DNA of 63,592 nucleotides from Girardia tigrina (lineage: Eukaryota), in assembly GCA_001938485.1 (NCBI GenBank), contig MQRK01249292.1:1-63592 (forward strand), read 5' to 3'. Positions 53,063 to 63,592 of the stretch are shown in pieces (position 1 is the first letter of the stretch; every line of letters starts with the position of its first letter). Both the position numbers and the translations under genes were made by a program. The notes beneath the pieces are model-generated. The model had not been told where the DNA came from. It did no database searches and saw only the letters and a list, made by a program, of their open reading frames with translations.

Positions 53063-54757
53063 TAGTTTGAAGAAATAATTGTGTTGATCGTCAACGAGAT
53101 TGGCAGAAAAGATATTTGGAATTATTGTTAAACAAGAAATTGACGGTTAATTTTGTTCGCTTTGCTTCTATGAATACGGATGATATTTCCAAATCTTGCC
53201 CCTGATTCGATTTCACTGGTAAATCTCATATTTGGATGAAGTTGATTCATGTTTCAGTTAGTTCTTTTACAATTACATAATCTGTTGTGTCGTGCTCTAT
53301 GGTCTGTACCTTATCCCCATGAATACTATTTATATTAAACTTAGTATTTCGGAAAAACTTTAGAGCTATATTTAAGGAGGATAATGTTACTTATTTCAAG
53401 TAGCAAAATTTAAAATTTCAACAATAAAATTAATTTTGTTGTCAAATTCTGAAAAAATAGTAAAATTGTCAAATAAAATGTCAAAATATGTCATTTTAAA
53501 GATTAGCTTAAGCATTACAAATTCTTTATTAAAATGATTAATATATTTGTCTAACAAATATCTCCGAACACTTTTTCCATTTGCCTTTTCCCATTTAATA
53601 ATTCGAGAAAATTCGACAGGAAAAAATTTCTGCAAACGAATATTAATATCAGTCGAAAAGTACATTCTAAATACCGCGTTATTTCTTAAAACACTTTTTC
53701 GAGGAAATTATTAAAAAATATTTACTTGTATATTGAATTTTTTGTTTAAATTTACTCAGCCTATGAGTATTTATTTGTTCTAATTGGCTTTCGTATTCCC
53801 TTTGAAATTTTTAAAGGCCAAAAAGATCATAAAAGTCCTGATTGAGAGATTAATATAACAGGCATGTCTTATTGATTAATTAATGTTGTGTGGAAATATA
53901 TTATCTGAAGAGGTTTTATCATTTATTTTTCTATTAAAAATAAATAGATCCTTATCGGTTCACTTGTGGTTTTCAATTACTATATTTTAATTATATTTTT
54001 ATGTGAATTTTGTAAATAATGAGCAATATATTTATAATTCCAGAAGAAAATAAAATATGTACTCACTTAAATTATAAACTTATCTTTTAAAAATTTGTCT
54101 TTTGATAATCTGATAAGAGAAAATGTTTTGTACTGTTAGAAGACAAAGGATCTGCACAAAAATATATTTAAATAAACTAAATCACAAACACACATACATC
54201 AGTTATATACAGAATAAATGGAGAGTCTGCTCTCGACCCCGTAATAGTTATATAATACAAATTTAGAATTATTCTAAATTTGTTGATTGCATAATATTTT
54301 ATTTAATTAATTTAAATTTAATTCTATAATATCTCACATGTACTTTAATTTAATCAAAGTACTATTAAAGTTAGAATTTATTTATTATTAGAATACATTT
54401 TTACTTTTTAGATTTATGTCGCCTAATAAATGAAAAATATGCTTATATCTCCATTACGTATTTCTGGGAATTCAAATTCTTTATTACAGTACTAAAAAAG
54501 ACCCGTCATATATGATGGAAGAACTGAATTTTCTTCTTTGAAAGTTTCTGTTTTAATTTTAAAATCATTATTATAATTTCTATTTAAATTCTAAAATATT
54601 TGAATTTGAGTTTCACTCACAATTTTGAATAATTCATATAAGTCATTAGGGAGAACCAAAAGTTCTTTCGGATATTTTATGTCATTCTAAAATAAATATA
54701 TTTGATATGCATGTGTTAGATACTATTTTAAAAGTCTCCAATTGTTCTATCATATTA

Positions 54758-54805
<48 letters not shown>

Positions 54806-55089
54806 GCAGTTCCGCAGATGCTGCTTATTTTTGGCTTGTAATTTCATATAAGCCGGAGTTATTATGCATTGATTAAAAAATAAAGCTATGCAAAAGTAAG
54901 AAAAAAATTTTATCACAGCAAACTTTGAGCATTACGCAGATGAAACTCTGGGCTTTTATATTTATAATTTAAAAAACTAAAATATTTTTCACATTATCTT
55001 AAATGTGACTTAAATTTTTTATTTATTTTTGTAGTTTTCAAATTTTTTTTATTATTTTAACGATTAAAATTTAATGTAAAATATAATAA

Positions 55090-57350
55090 GCCTCCCCCGA
55101 CAAAACGGATAACTGTGTATTGTAGAGACTACAGTACCAGCATTGACGTACAGGGTAGTGAGTCATAGACTCTGTATCGGGTAGAAACCATAAATAGACA
55201 ATACAGAGCCTACTAACTTTCTCGCACGGCTTTAGATGCAAGAATTCGAGCTTTCAATGCACGGACACGCTTCGGTTTCCCAGTCAGAAAGGATCAGTCA
55301 TGATCCCTCGTACCGTGATTTTGTAGAGCTTTGGCTGTGTAAACACGTTTCGTACAATGAGTAAAGGGACACCGAAATATCACCGCATCATTTTCTTTCA
55401 GTTCGTGAGGAACCCATGTATCGAGTTTTTGAACATAGCCAAGTTGTTTTAAGTGATTTTCAATGCATGTATGCGATGCATGAAGCTTCTTAGCGATCTC
55501 ACGTGTTGAACTGTGACGATCCGAATCGATTATTTGTATTACTTAACCGAAAGTTGAGAACCACCTTTGAAATCACTCATGAGTCCGTCTCCGCGGTACC
55601 GTCGAGGGTCACTGACACATCATGCATCGCGATCAGGTTCCAAGATTTTGTACATCCTACATCTACGTTATTTTGTGAAGCACTAGTACCAATGGTACTG
55701 ACTTGGGTTCGGTAATCGATCACTAAATGTCGCTTTAACCATTCATCCGTTTTATATGTCTTGTGACAATTTTCCATTGGACACTGGAAAGGTTTTTCAC
55801 CATTTTGTCGCTGTGGCATTGTAACGTATGCACATTTTTCATGTGTCTTTTTAGTTCAAAGCTTTAGTAAAAAGTAAAAGCTTTTTTTTAGTAAAAGCTT
55901 TGAAACATTACACTCTTTTGATACGCGGATGGAGCATTTTCGGGTACTCCTTTCCTTGTTCAATCACTTCTTTCAGTTTTCAGACACAGTTCCTTTGATC
56001 AGGTGTTTGGATTTCTCGTCAGTGTCGAGAATTCCTCTCTCATTCAAGCATTCCTGGTATTCGACCAGATTTTCTTGGACGCCAAATAACCAGAGCATAT
56101 CTTGGGCGATACGCTCTTTCATTAATTGCTTTTTACGGCCGCTGACCTTTCTATTTCCTGAGGCCATTTCAGAGTTTAATACTCTTTTAACCTCACGTAC
56201 ACCTTTTCGTCTATTGTATTCAAAGAATACAATACGCAATTTCAACAGTACCACACGCACCTCTGGAAAACCAATTGACATATCCGTATTACCTATTCTA
56301 TCAATTTAGTTTTACCAAGAGCAGTGTGTGTGCAGGTATTATGAAAAGCTTGTAGACGGGTTACCTCTTTTTCGGGTGTTGCCCAGCACTCACTCCCATA
56401 ATACACTGCCGGAAAAATACTTGATTTGATTAGTCTTTTTTTCAGCGCTATAGGAACTCGGTTACTTTGATTAGCAGGCTACAATTCTTGTAAATTACTC
56501 ATTCCACAACGCAACCGCTGACCGATATCCCGACTGCAGCTACCATATATGGTCAATATACTGCCGAGGTAACAGAACTCGCTCACCTATTCTATGACTT
56601 TGTCACCACACATCATTTGCGATATTCCAATCCCCGAGTCATCAGTTAGGCACATGACTTTCGTCTTAGATGCACTAATAGTCAACCCGAATTTTGAAAA
56701 TGGGCTTCTAAGTTCATCCAGGTTTTTACAGGCACGATCTATACCAGAGTCTATGTACATAGATCATCCGCATAAGCAAGTCTATTGACTTGAAATTCGT
56801 CACCATGCTCATCAATCAGGGTAATTCCGTCATCGAATCCTTTCAGTATCGCCGTTCTGATAACTTCATTGAAGACCAAGTTAAAAAGACAAGGTCCCAT
56901 CAGACATCCCTGTCTGACACCTCTTTCTATGAGAAACTCATTATCCCCCACAGAAGCAAAAAAGCTCTTATGAAATTCCTTTATCAGGTAGAAAATCTTG
57001 TCGGTTAAGCTGAATCTTTTCAGACAGGCCCACAGAACTTCACGTGGAACACTATCAAATGCCTTTTCCAAATCGGTGAATACCACAAATACCTTGTGGT
57101 TCTTATAACAACCTTCTTCCTGTATCCGCCTGAGTATACTTATAGCTTGTATAGTACCTCTCTTCGGTTGAAAACCAAACTGACAAGGGTCTAACATTTC
57201 TTTCATCTCCGGCGTCATTCTATTTACGATTATTCGTGCAAAAACTTTGCAGGTGACTTCTAAGAGGAAGATTCCTCTATAATTTATTCGGATCAGACCT
57301 TGCACCCTTTCCCTTGAAGAGTGTTATCACCTTTGCACTCCTCCAAGCCT
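55090..57350 (-). mobile_element. RTE-like non-LTR retrotransposon, 5'-truncated, with a 3' C2H2 module; small mariner fragment inserted at ~55390-55545
   Basis: NYRGI.LL, QFGF, DLEKAFDSV, GVRQGC and LAYADD RT motifs; downstream CPMENCHKTYKTDEWLKRH and CPFTHC...QNHGTRDH fingers. Confidence 0.9.
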
Positions 57351-58386
57351 TTTATTGTAAAATATACAACTAGTTACATCAGTAATAGTGAGCCTATGAC
57401 ACGCCAGCTCGTTTTTGGTGACTCACATCTGTAATGATGGAATATTTCATTATTCTAATGTTTGTCTCTTATTGATGAGATTAAGAGTTGGTTATTAACA
57501 ATATTATTATTTTGGCCCTAGATTACTTTCTGGGAATAACCAAATGACATATCATTTAATTATTTTTTTATAATTTTTTTCATCAATCTTAATTTGAAAT
57601 AATCAAAATAATTAATTAATTTGAAACAAACCAATGTTTTGTTAGTGAAAAAAGCATTAAACAAATACATTACTTAAAAATATAAATATTTTTATTTTAA
57701 AGTCTTCATTTTTGTGCTGTGTAACAAACCACGAAAATTATACTTTGATTTTTCGAATTTCGACACACCGATTTCAAAATTTTCGCCATCACTGATGTAC
57801 ATGGGCACCTACAACTCACAACATATCCGAAAATTATGTGCATAAGTCGGCAAAATAAACTTTATTGAATATATATGATAATTGTATACATAATAATCAT
57901 TATTTCAATTCTTTATTCATTAATTCTTTTCAAAAGAAATTTTTATCAGACTTTCAGGATCTTTTTGTTTGTTCGATAGTCTTTTGTACATTTGGGGACT
58001 GAGTCCCGTTCTTTAGGTATTGCTATGTGCAATAGGGTTCAAATTTTCGGTAAAATCGTTTTTTTCACCAAATATTGTATTTTTTATTCATAACTACTGC
58101 TTTTCTCATCATACCAGCAATTTTCCAGATTTTAACACCCTTAATTTCTTATTTTGAATAATTTAAAACATTTTTTACATTTAAATACAAATGGGAACAT
58201 AAAAATCATCTTTCCTTTTTTGAGTAATTTTCATAGAATTGTTAATTTGAGTCCGATTTTCTTTCATGTTTGATGGAGTCTTTTATATCACTAGACTGCC
58301 GGGGCGGGGTATCTTTTTGCGATTCATTTTAATTTCGCGCTTGACCTAATTTAATTTTAAATTTTATTTATTTTACTTGAAATTTA

Positions 58387-58597
58387 CCGTATTTTTCCGT
58401 ATATATAACCCCATTTTTTGTCAAAATTTCATGAACATTTAACTCGAATTTTCAAAAATTAGTAAATATTTGAAATATTTCTACAACACAAAAGATTTCA
58501 ATTTAATTTCTAGAATGAATTAAGGTACTTTTTTGAACTTTTTTCCAAAAATGCACACCCAAAAATAAGGGGGGATCTTATACACGGAAAAATACGG
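58387..58597. mobile_element. pogo/Tigger-like MITE
   Basis: TIRs ccgtatttttccgt.tata / tatacacggaaaaatacgg with TA TSD. Confidence 0.8.
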
Positions 58598-58650
58598 TAA
58601 GTTTTCTGTACTTTTAAAACAATTAATTACTTTAAGAATTCTTAATATGC

Positions 58651-59090
58651 ATCAATGGTCGCAGTTGGGAGCATCGGATCTCGTCCGATCTCCGAAGTCA
58701 AGCAGCCAACGACCGCGTTAGTACTTATTTGGGTGACCGATATGGAAATCGCGGGGCCATTGATTACAGGTCAGGTCAGGCAATCTATCTGCTACAATTA
58801 CCATGTAAACCTGTAATACTTGTACCATGGTCGAATAGTTGGCGACTAAACCGGCTGCCTCACCCAGAGCAATCTGCGTGAAGAGGTGTGTGGACACCTA
58901 GCAGGATGAAAAACAAAACCTAGCAAAGGGCGGATGAGCTCTTTGGAGCCAACGGCCATCCAAACCTGGAGAGGAGATAAGCGCCACCAGGTTCCTTGCC
59001 TACTGTGACACTCAAATATATATGCAAACCGAAGCCATATGTTTGTGCATAATTGAGTGCCCCCACGGCCCAAAGGCTACGGTACCAAAA
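58651..59090 (+). mobile_element. 5S rRNA-derived SINE (SINE3-like): 5S-like head at 58651-58764 plus a ~325-nt body
   Basis: 5S signatures gatctcgtccgatctc.gaag.caagca, gttagtactt and tgggtgacc. No T-run terminator after the head; short A tail; flanking direct repeat aatatgc(atca). Confidence 0.8.
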
Positions 59091-59759
59091 AATATGCATC
59101 AGGTTCGGTAAACAAGTCAAAATTTTCCAAACCACATTTGTTGTTGTGAATGTTTTTCAAAACTGTGACACATAAAAATTATTATTACCATAGATTTTTG
59201 CATCTATACAATAATGTTTGAAGACTGAATAAAAATAATTTATAGAGTTTAAAAATATAAAATAAACAAACAGTAATTGTATGAAATATTATTAGGTAAA
59301 TGTAGAATCACTGTAGAAAAATATTTTCATTCAATATACGTCTTTATTTATGGGGAATAATGGAACACTGCGTGACCACCGTCATGAACTGCTGATTATT
59401 TAAACGTGTTACGTTCCGCTTCCTCGATTAAGCATAAAATAAGGAACTATTTAATGAACTTTATATTTTTAATAAAATATCTCAGTCAGAAATAATAACA
59501 AAAATTATATATAATCGTAATAGTTATTTTGGGAACATAAGAATAAACTGATATGAATGATATTTATTATATTTGTAACATTTATTATATTTATATTATT
59601 CTACCCATTTTTGAGTTATAAAACCTATGAAGAAAGTTCTTTTATCACAAAAGAAAAGAATCTAGTTGATTTAAAACTTATATATGCATATTTAAAGTTT
59701 ATATTTATTAACGAAAACTTTGTGATCTTTAAAGAATGATAAAGTTTTTGTTCGTCAAG

Positions 59760-59971
59760 GATTTGTAGGAATCAGAAGGTTCTGCAGTTCAATGGACATG
59801 GGTACCCAATGCCAGAATATAGAATACGCAGATCATGATAGAATGTATCGCACTTGTGTTTTTTCCTGTAGTTCAGACGGATGTAACATATCGAATCAAG
59901 CACTTTTTTCCTTCTCTCTTTGCATATCAAATCTCAGTTTACTTATTATATTTTATATCATTTTTCTATGA
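59760..59971 (+). CDS. Terminal exon of a Ly6/uPAR (three-finger, quiver/crooked-like) probably GPI-anchored protein
   Basis: tcaag|(x)FVGIRRFCSSMDMGTQCQNIEYADHDRMYRTCVFSCSSDGCN followed by a hydrophobic tail and TGA. The C..C..DGCN ending is typical of invertebrate Ly6 domains. Confidence 0.8.
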
Positions 59972-60371
59972 AATATTATTATTGTTTACGATCTAACTTT
60001 TATATTTGTGATATTATTACTTTTCTTTATTAGAAATGACATTCGTTTATTATCATCGAATTTGTTTTAACATTATTTTATATTCTATTTTTATTAGATG
60101 TTGTAGCGGTTATGTATTACACTCAGTATTTAATGTGCAATTTTATATTTAATAATAATATATATTTCAAATCTTTGATCTTTTTAAATTTTAAATTAAA
60201 GACTTTCTTAATTTACTGGTTACCCTTTATTATCATATTATTAAATGTTTTAAAATGAGTGAGATACAATTATTAAATCCTTCTTACTTGGCAGCTCATT
60301 CTTACTACAACGACACGGTCAAACATTTACTAGAAATTCATTGCCGTTTTAAAGTTAATAATCATCATATA

Positions 60372-61874
60372 CTTAGGCTGTCCCAAAAGTCCTCAGGTGG
60401 CCTTTAAAAACACACTAATATTTTACCAAATTTAACCAAATTTGCACTGAATATTATTCAGACTGTCATAAATACTGTGTTAAAATTTCAAAGCATAAAA
60501 TTAAAAAAAAAATAAAATTTTGTTTTATTAAAGTATTGAAATTTTAAAAGTGCAGCGAATTCAAATCAATCGGTTTTTAACAATGGAAGCAAATAAATGT
60601 TGCCAACGTTTTTTTTGTTCTAACTCAAAGTAAAAGAGGATTCTCTGCTTCAGAAATTCTTCAACAACTTCAGCAGGCATGGGAAGACGCAAATCACTCA
60701 GCACTGAAAACTATTCAACAATGGTTGACTGATTTTAAAAAAGAAAAGTGGACGTCCTTCGACGATTCATCAAGAAGTGGCAGGCCGTCATTAATAGACG
60801 ATGAAAAGATTAAAGTAGTCAAAGAAGTGATTGATGAAGCTCCAAATGCGTCTTTGTGTTATATTTAAAATGAACTTTCTTTAGGCAAAAATACAGTCCA
60901 CAATATTTTGCGTGAAAAACTTCATTACGAAAAAGTTTGCTCTGTATGGGTCCCTCACGAACTTTGTGCTGCTAATAAACAACAACGCATTAACACTGCA
61001 AAGCATATACGCTATGTAATTTCACAGGTGGGTGATGAAGCATATTCCAACATAGCGATCGAGAATGAGACATGGGTATTTTTTCATGGTAGAGGAAAGA
61101 AAGAAGATCGCAAAATTTGGATTCCTTCTAATACTGTTCCACCAAAAGTGATAAAGTCATCGCCAATGACTGATAAAAAATCTCTTGTTTTCGTAACCTT
61201 TACCTGCAACAAACGTTTTAATGTAAAAACACTGCCATATGGTACCAAGATTGATTCCGAGGCGTATGTGAATTTTGTTCATGACACCGGTGAAAAATGG
61301 CGGAAACTTAGATCTAACAGCATCAAGCTAAAGGAACTTAAATGGTGGCATGATAATGCAAGACCTCATTCTAGCAAAGAAACAACTCTTTTTTTTGAAA
61401 GAAGAAAAATTGAAAAAAATTATCAATCGCCCTATAGTCCAGATTTTAATCTGTGTGACAGATTCTTATTTTCAAAAATGAAGAAAAATTTTAAAACTCA
61501 TGTTTTCAAATCACATGAAGAAATTGAAGAAGCTTGTAAATTCTTTTTTAATTCTCTATCAACAGAAACATTAAAAAATCAACTAGATAAACTTTTTAAC
61601 TATTGTCAGTTGGTTATTGACAACAATGGTGAATATGTTGTTGCTTAAGAAATTTTTAAAATATTTTTTTTAAATAAATTTTTAAATTCGCTGCATCTAA
61701 TTTTTTTTTGTTGGTTAATAATATAATTTTTTGGTAAGTTTGATATTTTATGCTTTGAAATTTTAACACAGTATTTATGACAGTCTGAATAATATTCAGT
61801 GCAAATTTGGTTAAATTTGGTAAAATATTAGTGTGTTTTTAAAGGTCACCTGAGGACTTTTGGGACAGCCTAAG
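60372..61874 (+). mobile_element. mariner-like DD34D element with ~130-bp near-perfect TIRs
   Basis: TIR cttaggctgtcccaaaagtcctcagg...aaagcataaaa at both ends with TA TSD. Motifs WVPHEL, HDNARPH, SPYSPDFNLCD (34 spacing). N-terminal frameshift and stop. Confidence 0.93.
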
Positions 61875-62199
61875 TATCAGTGCCCGGGGTTTTGAGATAT
61901 TAATAACATATGTCTTAGTCACCGAACTGAGTTTGAAGAGGGACTACATGTTCTCGAAGAAGACGTAAGTAACTCTGTTCATTCTAAGTACTATAAACTT
62001 AACGTAGCTAAAATATCACTTTATTTGTCCCTCAATTGTGGCATACGTAATGGGATCGGGATAAAATCATTTTGATCGTAGTCACGTCGGTGAGGTATTC
62101 GATTGCTCCGGTAATCAGTGAGAATGCTGCTGAGTCAATATATGAAGGACAATGCGTCCTTTATTATTCAAATTTGGTTAAACTGATTATCGGAATAGA

Positions 62200-63200
62200 C
62201 AGGGTGGCCAATAGAATCCAAACAAAATAATCCAATGCAACATAGTTTATTTATAACAGATAACACCGGTCAACGATCAAAGGGCTCAACCTGATATCCA
62301 TTATTGTTAATGTATAATTGGAAGCATCGGAATGTACGACTGTGAATGCATTGTAGATTTATGAATGGATAGGATTTCATGCTTGACGATGTCGTTTAGC
62401 TCGTTGACTGTACGACTATTACTCGTCAGGACTTAAGACTTGATCATTCCCTATAAGGCATTGTAGCAAGAGCTCAAGTCTGGGCTGTTTGTAGGCCAGG
62501 CTAATGGACTATACTTTCCGACCCACTGATCAGGAAATTCAGCATTGAGAAGCTCTCTGGTCGAAATCGCCGTATGAGCTAAAGCTCCGTCTTTTGAAAA
62601 TGACAGGAAAATGTTGGTGCATTTTCTCCAATTCTGCTTTAAATTCTGTGTGCAACATTTCTATGTAAGCATTGGCCGTTATCATACCACTGAGAAAGAA
62701 TGGCCCAATGAGGTGGTAGGCATTTATTGCCAACCGAATCATTGCAAAGAGTGGATTCTGGACAACCTGTTCCCACAAGTAGGAAGTTTCTTTGGTCCGA
62801 GTTGATTTGCTTCCCTATCAGATTGAAAAACAAAATTGTCACATCTTCAGGGATAATCATATTTCCCAAGGATGGCTTTGCAGCACTGCACTTGAAGCTG
62901 CTAGCCTCTTTAAGGATTTGAACTTGACATGATTTCCAGGTTCTCAATTCCAAATCGTCTTTAAAAATTCGCTGCAGACTGGTTCGTGGAATATCCAACT
63001 CTGTTGCTCTTTTCTCGTAAGTGAAGATTGTCTATCACGGATTGATAGATATGGTCCACATAATCTCTCCAATGAGAAGGGCGACCTCCTCTAGGTTTTT
63101 CAAACCGCTTTCAAACAACTTCGTCATCCACAGGAAAATGATTCTTTAGGTGGTTCACAGTTATATTTTTCTCGCAGATTTGTCCTGGTTTAATTTGTCA
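62200..63200 (-). mobile_element. Decayed DD41D-type Tc1/mariner element
   Basis: cagggtggcc end; LIGPFF..GMITANAYIEML and WPTNSPDLSS-like remnants. Confidence 0.7.
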
Positions 63201-63401
63201 GATCTAAACAGTTACGCTGCTTTTTGCACGTGATATTTAATTGATTATGGGAGGTTATCAATTATTATAAATTAAAAGTGTACTAAAATTTCCACATCAT
63301 TGCTAATAAGTTCAAACAATTATTATATTTTAGTATTAATTATAAAAATGAAATAAAATTTTGTTAATATTTTTTTACAGAATTTAGTAAAGTATACAAC
63401 A

Positions 63402-63592
63402 CTAGCGCGCACGGCCCGCTTCGCGGCCCTCTCTTGCCGGGGGTTCAATTTTTTTTATATTATAAAAGCCCATGTCACTCACTGCCTGCCTCACTAATGC
63501 TGTAAGGTAAATTTTTGAAATAATAACAGAATTTTTCATAATAAATTGATATTTTTCCACATTAAATACAGAATTTTTCATAATAAATTGAT
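63402..63592 (-). mobile_element. Helitron-like 3' end with internal ~42-bp tandem repeat
   Basis: a|CTAG followed by a GC-rich hairpin region (ggcccgcttcgcggcc) and tataaaagcccatgtcactc, as in small invertebrate Helitrons. Confidence 0.55.

Noticed and set aside
55290-55980. TGA at expected Trp positions suggesting an alternative genetic code
   Set aside because: Host LPCAT exons use TGG for Trp and the Ly6 exon ends in TGA, so these are ordinary decay mutations in dead TEs.
58651-58764. Functional 5S rRNA gene
   Set aside because: Shortened helix II region, no T-run terminator, solitary, and embedded in a TSD-flanked longer unit. A SINE is the better explanation.
61919-61964. Possible small exon (tcttag|...|gtaagt)
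   Set aside because: Good splice signals, but no identifiable product or partner exon.

Overview
This is an AT-rich eukaryotic window (invertebrate-like by inference, with assembly gaps). It holds one well-supported host gene: a plus-strand LPCAT1/2-type lysophospholipid acyltransferase with C-terminal EF-hands. Twelve GT-AG coding exons can be joined in frame from 5015 to 40247; the first exon was not found. A Ly6/uPAR (three-finger, quiver/crooked-like) terminal exon at 59760-59971 was missed by the ORF track. Almost everything else is decayed, often nested transposable elements: DD34D mariners, DD37E and DD41D Tc1/mariner relatives, hAT (Buster/Charlie) elements and MITEs, MULE remnants, Helitron ends, a fragmented Ty3/gypsy provirus with solo LTRs, RTE-like LINEs and Penelope-like elements. 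Four things stand out. (1) A GC-rich, degenerate hsp60 fragment sits between MULE-like inverted repeats inside an LPCAT intron. (2) A 5S rRNA-headed SINE-like element keeps a compensated 5S fold and has a target-site duplication. (3) Three minimal hammerhead ribozymes lie in Penelope-like ends within about 3 kb. (4) An RTE-like LINE carries a downstream double-C2H2 module, joined in one copy by a TAATG stop-start overlap. All calls come from reading the sequence by eye; no searches were run.
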